64,000 bases of DNA from Octopus sinensis (taxonomy: Eukaryota): positions 146,630,001-146,694,000 of the forward strand of contig NC_043000.1 in the NCBI RefSeq assembly GCF_006345805.1, read 5' to 3'. The position numbers and the translations under genes are program-made. The first letter of the stretch is position 1. Every line of letters begins with the position of its first letter. This document shows, piece after piece, positions 24,931 to 38,918 of this stretch. The notes under the pieces were generated by a model. That model had not been told where the DNA came from. It ran no database searches and saw only the letters and a program-made list of their open reading frames with translations.

Positions 24931-26304
24931 GAGAGATTGGTTGATTGATTGGGAATGCGTCAGAGCTGATCTATATCTGAAGAGCTGGTCACAAACTTCT
25001 GAATGCCTACAAAGGCTAAACAGTCTCAACATCTTCCATTTCTACATTCTTTCCGCTGGCGAAATAATGAAGCATTTATAATAATAACATGCAGCACTTG
25101 CATTCGTTTTCTATTATTATTTGGAACGAGTGTGTAATGAAGCCCCTTCAAACTTAACATGATTTTGCGTGTATTAGATAAAGGAATCTTTAAACATATT
25201 TCTATCAAGAAATCTGCGTCCATCTGTTTGTAATCAATCAATATTATGGTTAAATCACGAATATTGGATTGATACATTCAAATACATATCAATTCGTTAT
25301 CATGGTAATTTCTCAAAGGATGATTGATCATGCTAATTTCGAATACATAAGCACTGAGAATCATAACGTCCTTGATGTTTTACACTAGTTTCATTAGCTA
25401 CTCAAGTTATGGGAATTAGCTAAACACAAGAAAGGAACAGGTGACGAAAACGCGGCAAACTTCCACGCTTAACTCATAACAAATTATGAATTTTAAATGA
25501 CATATATTTTTTTTCCTACTTTACGTTTCCTACTAATATTAGCAATAAGCTCACATATGACAAGAAAAATTTAAGTGGAAGACAAGATCTATTGACGATT
25601 TGAATGTCGGTTAATGGTTAAAATGTTTTCTAGTCATTTGTTTAAGTGTCGCAATATACCTTTCCATAATCTTCCAATTTTTTTTTTGTCTGGTTTCCAA
25701 TATTAACTATAAGAACAAAACATCTTACACTATCCATCGTTGACATCTAAAGAAAAAAAAAGATGTTCATAGTAACTTATATCCTACTGTATGGTTATTA
25801 CACAACAAACTAGAAAAAGAAATATATAGTAAATATAATAATGCAGTAAAAATGCGAATTATATTTACGATAAAAAAAATATCCTCTCGATAATCTATTT
25901 AAATATGTCATAAAATATGTTTATTACTAAACTTCCCATTTTCAACGCAAATTGAAGTACGCTATTTCCAACGAATGCACTGAAGACGCACAAATTTTTC
26001 TTTAAAAGTATTATCGTGTATACTTCTGTGCTTGTCTGTATATGTGTGTATTTGTGTGTCGATGTGTATAAATATGAGTATTTGTATGTATATATATATA
26101 TGTAAGCGTAACTAAATTGAGAGTTGCATATTGAAATGGATAAACTATTCTGTAACTTCTGACCCAGTTGAGTTTCTAACATTCTTATGGAAATTTATGA
26201 ATACTTGTCTTTATGAAATGAACTGCAAGAAGCAAGCCGGGGAGCCATGGCAAAACATTAAGAATAAATATATGACCACATTTTATACAGGCATGCATAT
26301 ATTT

Positions 26305-26319
26305 AGGTAGATAGGTAGG

Positions 26320-26374
<55 letters not shown>

Positions 26375-26382
26375 ATAGATAA

Positions 26383-26426
<44 letters not shown>

Positions 26427-26430
26427 GCAG

Positions 26431-26496
<66 letters not shown>
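26305..26496. repeat. (GATA)n microsatellite
   Basis: Direct reading of the sequence. Confidence 0.95.
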
Positions 26497-26497
<1 letters not shown>

Positions 26498-29400
26498 TGT
26501 TTCTTTATTAGCCACACAGGGCTGCACACAGATAGAACAAATTACAAGGTAGAGCTTTTCTTTTGAAGGTTTAAAAAAAAATAAAAATAAAAAAATAAAA
26601 AATAAGAAAAAAAATAAAATAAAATAAAAATAAAATAAAAAAAGGGGGGGTCGATCAAAAGGGATCGTAAAAGGAGAGAAAGAGGACAAAAAAAAAAGGG
26701 GGGTTAAAAAAAAAGGGGGAGAGGAAAAAAATTGATCAATAGGGATCGTTATCACAGAAATGTCAATATGAAGTGTAAAGGGGGGGACAGGTGAGGTTTA
26801 CCCGTGGAAAGAAAAGCCTACGGAAAAGACCACGGTAACCTCGGTCAATGAAGTCACATGTTTATTTCTTTTTTTTTTTTTTTTTTTTTTGCAAATAAGC
26901 AACTCTCTGTATTAATTTTACGGTTCATAGAATCATAGTCAAGGTGGCTTCGTCATTCATACGTGCCATCCTTGCTACATTCACCCATCTTTTTTTAAAA
27001 CATTCACTAGACAAAACTTGCCTCTCTACTCTCACTTTTTTCTTCAAGTGATACTTGAAGAAGTTGATGAGAGATTGACCAGAGAGGAAAGTGTTTGTCT
27101 CTAATCCTTTCAGACGCGTCCACCAGATACATTCTTTCGCCATAGCCACAAGGATGATAAAAATAGCTCTTCCTTCCCGTTTGAAGGAAGGAGGCGTGAC
27201 GATATTAACGATAGACTCGGCTGATAAACCGACACGTCCCACACGTGACAGCAGTCGTTCGACATAAGCCCACAGGTGGGAAATTGCTGGACACTGCACG
27301 ATTGCGTGCAGAGCGGTTTCGTCGCTCTGCCCGCATCTCGGGCAGGTCGGCCCCGTGTTCTCGAGCCATGCCTATAGAGCTTATCCCGAACGGGTAGCGC
27401 TTCTCGGTAGCACCGCCAGGCAGGGATCTCTGGAAGTTGTCCATAGGTCCCGGGCCGAAAGTCGTTTGAAACAGGCGGGTCAGGTATTCCTCGTCGACGC
27501 CCAGGTTTGCCCCGAGCTCGTCGTCGTACCTCCCCTCCACTAATCCCCTATAGAATGCTTTGGTTGTGTGTTGAAGTCACTCAAGGTCGACCCGGGACGG
27601 CAGAGTTGCTTGAGAGCAAGCGACACTCGCGGTGCCATTCGCCCTTCTTCGGCCTCTTTTTGATCCACGACTGTAGTTCGGTCATGGAGACGAGTTGCGG
27701 GAATGCGTGCCTCACAAACGGCGACCACACCTGTTCACCGTCGTCTACATGGAGCCGGAGATGTCGCAGTCTCAGCGCGTGTCTGCGCATCATCAACCAC
27801 GGCATGCCCAGCCCTCCTTTTAACGGGTGTTGACAGCAAATGGATCGCCTGACCATCGGGACGCATCCTTTCCACAAGAAGCGGAAGAGGATGCGTTCTA
27901 GTTTGGTGATGGTAGGGTCGGGACAAGGTACGACGGTCAGGCGGTAGTAGATGATGGACGCGATGTACGCGTTCACCACCTCCGCCCGACCTTTTAGGGA
28001 CAGTTTCCTCTCGGCCCATTGCTGGGCGAGAGGACCACCCTACTCGTTATCTCGTTCCAGTTCTTCTCCATTTGGAGGTCCGGACCGAACAGACCCGAGC
28101 AACTCAACCGGGCTCTGTCCAGCGTCCCACGACGGAGGTACTGGTGGACGGCATGGGTTTGCTTCTCCAGGTGCCGAGCCGCAAGCCCACTGACTTTTCC
28201 CGGTTGATTTTTGCTCCTGTCACCGCTTCGTAGTCTTTCAGTGTCTCGCCGACCCGCACGATGTGCTCGTGGCTTGACACTATGACGGTGACGTCGTCCG
28301 CGTATGCAGACACGCTCGTCCCGCATCCTAATTCTCGCGGGATGCCCCTCAGAGTCGCCAGCTTCCGCATAGTGGCTCAAGAGTCAATACGTATAGAAGC
28401 GCCGAGAGGGGGCATCCCTGACGGACCGAACGTGCAATGTCGAAGGGTCTCGATAGATGTCCATTTACGCGAATTACCGAACGGATGCCCCTGTACAAGG
28501 CAGCTATCCAGCCGCGGAAGACGGGACCGAAACCAGCCGCTCTCAGGACCGCCCCCAAGTATCGATGGTCTACCCTATCAAAGGCTTTCGATTGATCCAA
28601 GTTGATCAGGGCCCCACCCATGCCAGGTTCGTTAACTACCCTGTCTATGATGTAGCGCATCAGATGGAGGTTGTCATGGATGCTCCGGCCCGGCACGGCG
28701 CACGTTTGTGCGTTGTCGACCAGTTTCTCCATGACAAGCGCCAACCTCTTGGCTAACACCTTTGTCAAAATTTTGAGGTCTGCATTGAGCAGAGTGATTG
28801 GCCTAAAGTTATCTATAATGTTCCTTGTTTGGATCTTTCTTCAGCAGAGTTACAGCTCCTCGACTCACAAAACCGGGTATGCTCCCGTTTTGCTGCCAGT
28901 TGCAGTATACCGCTGCCAAGACGTCTCCAAACAAGTCTGGCATACAATAGTAAAATTCGTAGGGTAGACCATCCAAACCCGGTGATTTGTCCCTCGAGCA
29001 TTCTGCCATCGCTTCCCGCACTTCCGCCGCCGTGATGGCACCTTCGCAGCACCCTGCCTTTCTTGTCGAGAGTCGTGGCAGGCTATGTAGGTAGGCACTG
29101 AAGTCTACCCTACGTTCTTGCCCTCCACTCGTCCCGAACAGTCGGGCAAAATGCTGCGGAAAGGCCTCACACATTTTACTTGGCTCGAGCAATTCGCGCC
29201 CCTGTTCATCTACCAGTGACCGAATGGTGGCTTTGTTGCCCTGTTGCGCCTCTGCCACCCGGGCCTCTCTCGCGGCTCCAACACCTTCGTTCCTTAGAGC
29301 ACGCATCCTAGCTCTGACAGCACATCCTTCGTGTTTGGCGTTGAAGTGTTGGTCGAGGGCCACCTCGCCGCCAAAACGTCGGATGCGATGCCGCTTCTAA

Positions 29401-30249
29401 TTGCCTCTTCTAGCTTCTTAACTAGCTCACCCCTACTCTATTTCTATCTATGGCTAGTGCTTTGCTGTACCTAATCGCTTCTGCTTTTACTGCTCTCTTG
29501 AGGGCAAACCACCATTTGTTTTTGATGATGGCTCCCGTCAAAGCCCTCTTTACTAGTGTGCTAATCCGGTCTCTGAAACTGTCTGGACGGGAATGATGCG
29601 TTCAGTTTCCAGTACCCAGGACCCTGTCTATGTGCCTTATCTAAGTCTACGTACACGTCACCAATTTGTGATCCGTGTAGCTGACTGTGTGGAATTGTGG
29701 ACATCCTAAGTTATCCTTGTCTACTGTCCTACACAGTATCCTATCTAGATACGATCTCGACGACCCACTGCGGTTGCTCCATGTCCACGTTGGTGCATTT
29801 GGGTGGTCGAGTCGGTACCTGTCAGACAGTTGGAATCGTCTCTGAGCAGGTCTCTGAGGCATTTGCATCCCCTTTGTTTCTGTCTCTACCCACGTAGTCT
29901 ACATGCGTGTCCAAGGTAGCATTCCAATCCCCCACTAAGAGTAAAGGACGAGACGTTCCCAAGAATACTTCTAGACGTCGAAAGAAATCCGCCCGACCTG
30001 TTAAGGGCGGTGCGTAGACTGATACGAGTCGAAAAGCGCACCCATTGCTGCCGTCAACATCCAGAACGACCAGTCTACCCTCGGGTCTACGAATATCGTC
30101 TTGACTTCGAGATCCAGGCTCTTGTGAAAAAGTACCGCGGGCCACTACCGCCCATCCTCGGCAGACAGGGAGCGAAATAAATGTTAAACTGTCCGCCAAA
30201 CATGGACTTTAGGCCCGTGGCTCGTGGAGTCGGTCTCACTTATGGCTAT
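26497..30249 (-). mobile_element. Tx1/L1-clade LINE, 5'-truncated in the APE domain (frameshifted ORF2 + 3' UTR), embedded in (GATA)n
   Basis: APE motifs IIAISET, LVSVYAP, LLVGDWNA, SYLDRIL, YTDHKLV. RT motifs DKSPGLDGLPYEFY, LDQSKAFDRVDH, RQGCPLSALLY, YADDVTV. C-terminus ends at 26925; 3' UTR ends AATAAAGAAACAT. Confidence 0.93.
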
Positions 30250-30300
30250 GATAGATAGATAGATAGATAGATAGATATAGATAGATAGATAGATAAATAA

Positions 30301-30366
<66 letters not shown>

Positions 30367-30367
<1 letters not shown>

Positions 30368-30708
30368 TGTTCTTTATTAGCCACACAGGGCTGCACACAG
30401 ATAGAACAAATTACAAGGTAGAGCTTTTCTTTTGAAGGTATTAAAAAAAAAAAGGTATTAAAAAAAAAAAAAAAAAAAAAAAGGAAGGGGGAGGTTCGAT
30501 CAAAAGGGATCGTAAAAGGAGAGAAAGAGGACAAAAATAAGGGGGGTTAAAAAAAAAAGGGGGGGGGAGGGAGAAAAAAAATGATCAATAGGGATCGTTA
30601 TCACAGAAATGTCAATATGAAGTGTAAAGGGAGGACAGGTGAGGTTTACCCGTGGAAAGAAAAGCCTGCGGAAAAGACCACGGTAACCTCGGTCAATGAA
30701 GTCACATT

Positions 30709-30741
<33 letters not shown>

Positions 30742-31121
30742 CAAATAAGCAACTCTCTGTTTTCGATTTCTGGGTTCATAGGACTATGCTCAAGGTGGCT
30801 TCGTCATTCATACGTGCCATTCTTGCTACATTCACCCATCTTTTTTTAAAACATTCGCTAGACAAAACTTGCCTCTCTACTCTCACTTTCCTTTTCAAGT
30901 GGTACTTGAAGAAGTTGATGAGAGATTGACCAGAGAGGAAAGTGTTTGTCTCCAATCCTTTCAGACGCGTCCACCAGATACATTCTTTCGCATAGCCACA
31001 AGGATGATGAAAATAACTCTTCCTTCCCGTTTGAAGGAAGGAGGCGTGACAATATTGACGATAGACTCAGCTGATAAACCGACTCGTCCCACACGTGACA
31101 GCAGTTGTTCGACATAAGCCC

Positions 31122-31122
<1 letters not shown>
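30367..31122 (-). mobile_element. Second, short 5'-truncated copy of the Tx1-like LINE, in (GATA)n
   Basis: Homologous to 26497-27270 with visible substitutions. (GATA)n at 30250-30366 and 31123-31310. Confidence 0.92.
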
Positions 31123-31173
<51 letters not shown>

Positions 31174-31174
31174 T

Positions 31175-31283
<109 letters not shown>

Positions 31284-31997
31284 GCAGACAGACAGATAGA
31301 TAGATAGATTCATATTTTCGCTCATTTTCTTCTGTGTTTCTCTCCTAGAATATCGGTTATATATAAAAGGAGTTCATTTCTAAATATTCACTGCAAATAT
31401 AGTGACATTTTGTGTAATAATCATGTCACAGTGTTCTAGATAAAAGTCCAATTGTAATCGGTGTATTTATCTATAAAAGACACGTAACTTCCTTTATATA
31501 TTACAACCCGAGAGTTCTGATTTGTTTTAGTTATCATTTGACTGGACTAAAGCGTTTGCTTTTTCGCCGAGTGTGCGTCCAATTTCTGTGGGTATCCAGG
31601 ATAAATAACTTAAGAATGTTAGCTATTCATCCCCATTATAACTCTCTATGGATACGTGCGAAAGTGTTTCTATTCTCATATTTAACCAGTAGAAATCAAC
31701 GTAGAACAAGGTTGATATTCTAACCTTACATTTGTAAAATCAAATTTAAAATCCTCAAGAGTTTTCATCAGAATAAAGGACATTTTCATGATTCGAAGGC
31801 AAATTTAAATGTTTCTTTGCTGGTAAACGGATTTTAGAGAAAGTAGGATTTTCAGAGCATGAGCTTTATCATTCTTTCACGGATACGACAGCTATTGTTT
31901 CTCCACATTCAAATATGTATTTTTCGTTCATAAGTGTTGCTCGATAGAGGTTGCAGTAGTTACAAGCGGCCGCACGCACGCATACATACACACACAT

Positions 31998-32060
31998 ACC
32001 AACATACACTTACCAACATACACTTACCAACATACACTTACCAACATACACTTACCAACA
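31998..32060. repeat. 14-bp tandem repeat (caacatacacttac) x ~4
   Basis: Direct reading of the sequence. Confidence 0.85.
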
Positions 32061-32170
32061 CATAAAGCAACATACACAAAATGCTATAAATATCGATCTT
32101 CTTGGTTTTTTCCATTACAAAATGTTTTTTTTTTCTTGTATTACTAGGAGATTATCTTGTATTACTAGAT

Positions 32171-32425
32171 TAAGCTCTCAATTCTGCATCAGTATTGAAT
32201 GAAACTCCTAGGAAAGCATTTGAAAGAGATCGAAAGAGGTGGAAATCCGTTGGTGCCTAATCAGGAGAGTACGGTGGGTGTGGCAGCACTTCCCAGCCAT
32301 GCTTCCTTCGTCTTATTGGCGATATGAGGGCGGGCGTTGTCCTGCAGCAGAAAAACTCCATGCTGTCGATTAGTTCTTTTATTTTGAATAGCTGTGTTGA
32401 GCCGTTCCATTTGTTGAACATAGAG
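32171..32425 (-). mobile_element. Mariner fragment near-identical to 34892-35146
   Basis: Same sequence, including the internal deletion before WEVLPHPPYSPD and the stop after SPD. Confidence 0.88.
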
Positions 32426-32849
32426 AATACACAATACTCCATTCCAACTTTTGGCGGTGTTTTTTTTCGAGAAGCGTTGAACGTACAGACGAAAGGATTT
32501 ACATAAAATAGAAGCCTCACATACATTTTCACACTAAAATATTTAAAGCGACGATGGGAAAATTACAATAACTAAAAATCTTGAAAACCTCGACTTAGAT
32601 GACAAAAACTGTGTGAGCATTAATAAGAGCACCAAGAACAACGGCAAGTCATCTTTTGTTAATGTTGCGACTCCAAGAGAATTCATGGCATGAGCCGGCT
32701 CCAAACGAAAGTGGAAAGTCGTACCTGAGAAATAAAATGATTTTTTTGTCCGAGTATTTTATCCTATAACGACCAAATACGAAAACAAACTACCTCCGTT
32801 TTACAAAAAGTGGAAAAGAGAAATAAAAAGAAAGTTTAAGAACTCAAAA

Positions 32850-33260
32850 GGAATGATGGGTTGAGTCCTGGCCGATGTATAGCACAATGAGGGCTCCTTC
32901 CACTGGGAAGGCTCCCAGGGAAATTAGAGTATTTAAAACTGATTGTGGGATATGAAGTCATAGAGAGGTTGTAAGCTAAATGGCAGCCCACGGAATGGTA
33001 CCACAAGAGAAAAATGCAATCTAGAGACAGTGGTACTGAGATGAATCTGAAGGAGTATGCTGTTGTGGGTATCTGCATTTTTAGCCTTTCTAGTTTAATA
33101 TATACATTAACACCCAGGTTTCGATAAAGCCAGTAAAACAACAAAATTACGTCGGAATTATAACCCATCGAAGGAATAAACATAAAGTCAGTCTCATTGC
33201 TGTTCAGAGAAGTTTCACTTACAATGCAAGTTGTAATAAATGCCACTTAGGTGATTCTCC
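32850..33260 (-). mobile_element. APE endonuclease remnant of a CR1/L2-type LINE
   Basis: CIVSETSLN..FIPSMGYN..GVNVYIK resembles SETW..IPGY..GGGVAVYIK. Confidence 0.5.
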
Positions 33261-34696
33261 CTAAAATGAGTAGTGAGCAATACAGGTGGTGACAGGCGAC
33301 ATCAGCAGGCCCTTGCAGTGAAGTTATAAGGGGTTAGAAGTGTGTCTCCTCTTGTTACTGAATACAGAACCCACATGCTGCAATTCTCTTAATGAATAGA
33401 GTGAAAATAGTGAGGAAAGGAACGACCTGATTCTTAATGCCACCGGTGCTAGAGCCTGAGGTGGTAGGACAGTGATACCCGGGTATTATTGTTCCTAGCA
33501 CAAGGCTGTCTGCAGGGACTAAGCAGTTGTTCTATATCACAGGAAAATACAGCGACAAGGGTTTCGGCTAAAACAGAAGATAATCGGTTTAAACGATGAG
33601 TGATCAGAATTGTGGAGTGCATGGCACTACCTGGATTGCGGCATCGCCATCATAAATGGATAATTTACTGTTATTTGTTGTAATAAGTTTTTAACTTGTT
33701 TCACTATCCGATGTTATATTTTTGCACAGGTGTTCAATAAAGAAATACTTATTACTTCTATTATCTCTATGGTTATTTTACAGCAACTCCTACAAGAAAT
33801 GCTACCAGTTTTACTATAACTATATGAGCGTATTAATGATTTCTATATAATAGATATAAACTGATATTTTTCATTCCAAGAAGTAACCTGGCGTGTGTTC
33901 TTCTTTTATTATTGTATCGGTGTTTTTAAAGTCTTGTAATTTCAGTGACCTTCTTTACTTGGCTTTTTGTTTTGGTAGTTTGATAGTCGAAGATGGAATT
34001 TTAAGCAAAATGGAAGCAATGATTTAGTAAGAGCATCTCATCTATATTTTTCAGATACGATGTATCAATGACAGCATTATACATTATGTCCTTCATTTTT
34101 GAAAGACGATAGGGAGCTATTCCTTAGCATTTTGCTACTATTTCGAATGCGTTTTTCTTCTGCTATTCGTTTGATAAAAACAAACTTGATTTGAAACTTG
34201 TGGAAATTGAAACATGATATTTACGAAAATACCATATATGCAATTTCTACGTTTCTTTCCTCTCTTAGTTTAACAGTATGTTTAATGAAAGAGGTCTGTC
34301 GCACTTCGGTGATATGATCACTGTGCAATAGATATGTATGTTTTCTACGGAATTGTGCAAATTTCTTAGACCATAACTATGTTCTACACTTAATTTCACA
34401 TGTTCAAGTGACAGGTCTGCTGGAAACAAAGCAAGAAAACTGTTTTACTGATGATTCCACTTCAGACAGAAACACGTGTCCACCGAAATATATCTTATCT
34501 CCAGACAGTCAGAATGTCTCTTCCAGACAGTTTTGAAGAATTCTTGATTATTGAGATTACCTTCCGCTCTTCTTTCGAATTGATCCTAAATACCATGAGG
34601 CGAATATGTTACCTTTGGGAGCGCAGATAATTTTAATGAATTGTGAATTTATATTGTTTGGTATTTATACATTTGTTTGATTTTGTTCTGTAAATA

Positions 34697-35751
34697 TTAG
34701 GTTGGTAACTAAGTTCCCGCCGTTTTTTTATTTTATTTTAATTTTTTAAAAGGTTTAATAAAAAACTAACAACTAATTAATCAATAATGTATTAACCCTT
34801 GTTGTTTACAACTTCTTCCCAACTTTCAACAAGATTTTCAATACCTCGTTGATAGAAATCACCCGATTTCGACTCGAAAAATTGATCCAACTAGGCTTTC
34901 AATTCTACATCAGTATTGAATGAAACTCCTAGGAAAGCATTTGAAAGAGATCGAAAGAGGTGGAAATCCGTTGGTGCCTAATCAGGAGAGTACGGTGGGT
35001 GTGGCAGCACTTCCCAGCCATGCTTCCTTCGTCTTATTGGCGATATGAGGGCGGGCGTTGTCCTGCGGCAGAAAAACTCCATGCTGTCGATTAGTTCTTT
35101 TATTTTGAATAGCTGTGTTGAGCCGTTCCATTTGTTGAACATAGAGTTCCGCGTTGACCGTTTGGTTCCGTTCAAGCAATTCGTAATGGATAATCCCTTC
35201 TCAGTCCCACAATACGCACAACATCGTTTTACGCGGATGAAGATCTTGTTTCACGCGTGGTGTCGCTTGTTTACCGGGGCTAAGCCATTCCTTATGCTGC
35301 TTCATATTGATGTACAGGCACCATTTTCGTCGCCAGTAACGATTCGATAAAGAAATCGTTGCTTGTGTCCATGAGTTGAGCGGCGACGAGCAAGCAAACC
35401 AGCGGAGATTGTGGCTCGTTGATTTTTGTTGTTATCACTTAAAACATACGGAACCCATGCTATGGCACCCTCTCCATACACAGCACAAACGTCGCGAGCA
35501 ACTTTTGCGGCCTTAGAACCTTGATAACCAAAAAGAAGGTGTCGAAAAGTACTCGTTTTTAACTTGACATTCCATTTTAATAACCTGAAAATAAACAATA
35601 ATTAACTAAAATTAACTAGAAAAAAAAAACAAAATATATTCCAGAATAATTCAAAACTAAAATTCTCGAAAAAAATAGATTCGAAAATTTAAAAACGCAA
35701 TAAATTCCAAATTTAAAAAAAAAAACGGCGGGAACTTAGTTGCCAACCCAA
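34697..35751 (-). mobile_element. Mariner element with both TIRs and internal deletions
   Basis: TIRs ttaggttggtaactaagttcccgccgtttt and rc ttgggttggcaactaagttcccgccgtttt, TA on both sides. WVPYVL, RIVTGDE, QDNARPH, HPPYSPD*. Confidence 0.95.
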
Positions 35752-38517
35752 TAACGTCATTGGACAATTCGACTTAATTCATTTAACTCTTCAGCTCATT
35801 TTTCTTTACATACACACACACATTCAAGCGCATACACTTACGTACATAGGTGTGTGTTTGTGTGTAGGTGTGTGTGAGTGCCTGTGTGTGTCAGTGTGTG
35901 TATGAATGTATGTGTGTATAGCTTAGCTTATTCCAGACAGCTATAATTAATTCTGTATAACAGTCACTGAAAAGTATGATTTCACGCCAAATAATAAACC
36001 TGTTTTGTCTTAGGTATGATATATATTCAGATATTAAAACACTTTTCATGTTCCTAAAATTGTAAAAGAAAGAACAGATTTTCTAGAGTTTTTCCATAGT
36101 TTAAATGTATAAAACCTTGTGCTAAAGTGGTAAGGACAATATACATGTAAACCTGCGACAGACTCCAATATTTCATAATATGAATAAAATGGCATTACCA
36201 TGGGGGATTTATAACATTATAAAAAAATAGCAAATCAAGAAACGAAAGCGATGATTTCCAGACATTGTTCCGTTCTGACACTTATCTCACATTTTTTCTT
36301 ACTATTTCTTATCATCTCTCAAATAATTTTTTTAAAATTTTATTTGATGACTCAACAAGAATCTGAACTCAAAGATCTTGGCATTCAGCTATATAAAAAC
36401 CTAATGTTATATAGTGTTGTTAAACCACAGGAACATTCCTTTTTCTCAGATTAAAACAAGTGATGAGTAGCAAGAAAGAATGTGCAGCCACCATACTTCA
36501 GAATAGTTATTTAAATAATTCAAAGCTCCTTGGCAATAGCAAATAATGATGAGATCTAAACGTTAAGCACTGGACTTTCTGGTGTATATCTCCAAACTGC
36601 TAAGCATTAAGAGATTCTCTATTCTATATTTTATAGCCATTGCTAAGACGTTGATAACACAAACTTAAATTTAGAATTCTAAATTTTGATTGGTAATCTG
36701 AATTTCTTCTTATTCCTGTATGTTATTCACAGATAGTTCGATTGTGGAGAAAGATTTATCTTTGGAACCGAAATATCTACGAAATTAATCATACGGTTGA
36801 ATTAATAGCAACTAGAAGGGAAGAAAAATACAGACGGTTGTTGATTACAATCTTAACGGCAAATAGCAACGTCATCGACTGACAATATAGTAGATATATT
36901 AACGGCATTCTAAATCGAAAAGGCATTTCTTGCCTGCATAAAAGTCATAATGATGTGGTCTCCTACAACCACGATCTTTTATCTGAAGTGCGAAATTTAG
37001 CAGAGATAAGTTGTCCAGACAACCAGGTCGAATAAAGCAATTTCTATAAACACTTAAAGCATTCTGTTGACACTTACTGGTGATCAATACATGCAGATTA
37101 TCATAAGTAAATCACAAGATTCTCAGCTTACAGTTAAATCATACAATATTCGTCTTCAAGTTCTAACGTCAACGTTTTTGGTCGATTAACTGAACCCTGG
37201 GAGATATGTGTCTAATTAGGAAAGATGTGGATTGTTTCTATAAAAACTTTTTGTGATTACAGTTTACAAGGTAGGTATGAGGAACATAAAAGCTAAGATG
37301 TTTCATACGAATTGATTCAAAGTTTACGAAAAAATATCCTCAAAATAGAAACATTGGTTATGCACAAACAGACACACAGAGACAGAGACGCTCAACACAA
37401 TTTATAGATAAGATATCAGTAGTATTATGCATCTTCAGTTCATGAAGATAAACTAAATCTTTCCTGTCAAATATAGAATATCTCTTCACATTTATCAGTA
37501 AATTGTTTTTATTCCAACTCTTGACGGGATAGATAAATTTTAAATTATTCCATTTTCGTTATGATCCCTTAATCCCTGTAAGTTTCAAAGTTACTCAGCG
37601 ATTAAATTGATTGTATTAAAAGTGATTTCTTTCCCCAATCTACGCGTCAGCTACGGATAGTTTGAACAGATATTTTTATTATTTGAATTAAAATATGTCA
37701 TATAACGGACGTAAATGAAGTACGATATATCATATTTTAGCTAGATAGCCAGAGATATTAACATATGGATGATAAAACTTTCAAATCACCCTCTGAATTT
37801 CACTATTAAAATCATCATTTTTTTCATTGGAAACAATAGAAAGAAGTTTTTAAAATGAGTTCAATAGGTTTTGGTTTTTTTTTCCTTTTCGTAAGAAGAC
37901 GTGGCTCTATATTCATTCCCCAGCCTAAACGAATATTATACAGTTGACAGTACTGTTCCTCAATTTGATTTATCAATATATAGAAAATAGTCTTCTATTT
38001 CGAACTTCATCTGTTTTAAGCAAATATCTGCAGTTATATACTTCTTTAGAAGATAAATTCCTTCTTATTTGCTTCTGTCATCAATAACGTTTTTTCTTCC
38101 ATTTTGAAATTCTCTCATTACATCTATATACTTCTCCAATATCACAACTATACAACTTTTCATAAGATATTACTATTTTTTTATAAAACCAAGATGTTTT
38201 TACATTATCTTTAGTTATTGATATTTTCTTTTCACTGGGCATTTTGAGAAACTTCTTTTTTCGATTTTTAGTGTGTTTCGGATTTTCATCTTTATTCATA
38301 GTATGAAGCCATAGTAGCCACACATGTCTCAATCTATAATGATACAGAAATCTCTTCATTTTCGAAAATGCCGGGAAATTTTTCTAAAGGTCTTTTGTCT
38401 CGTGATATAAAAATAAAATATATACTAAATTAACAGATACAGAATAACACGGTGTAGTGACTATATATTTCATTTAAAATGAATATAAACATGTATGTAT
38501 ATGATGCGAATGTATAT

Positions 38518-38568
<51 letters not shown>

Positions 38569-38639
38569 TTAATAAATAGATAAAACATATGCATATATAC
38601 ATACATATATGTACGTACCTAACTCTACATGTATATATA

Positions 38640-38818
38640 CATGCATATATGGGTACAGGACACCAAAAAAAACGTTGAACACAAGGAGAAACGAAAACAT
38701 AAACACAAAACCAAGGAAATGGACATTTTTTTAAAAACAACGAAAAAATAGAGTACAGGACATACAACACAAGGAAAATTTCCCTTCTTCAGTCGCCATG
38801 GTTTCATCTACTCCACGT
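38640..38818. repeat. Interspersed repeat related to 46270-46620 and 46915-47320 (possibly a PLE terminus)
   Basis: Shared atgggtacagga..acaggacat..tctactcc layout. Confidence 0.4.
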
Positions 38819-38861
38819 TATATATATACAGATACATAGATATGTATATATATATATATAT

Positions 38862-38918
<57 letters not shown>

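Noticed and set aside
26497-30249. The idea that the Tx1 copy is a naturally ORF2-only partner of the ORF1-only element
   Set aside because: It begins inside the APE domain, so it is explained by ordinary 5' truncation.
36957-36981. IKIVVVGD resembling the start of a Rho/Ras P-loop
   Set aside because: No GxxxxGKT follows, so it is probably coincidence.
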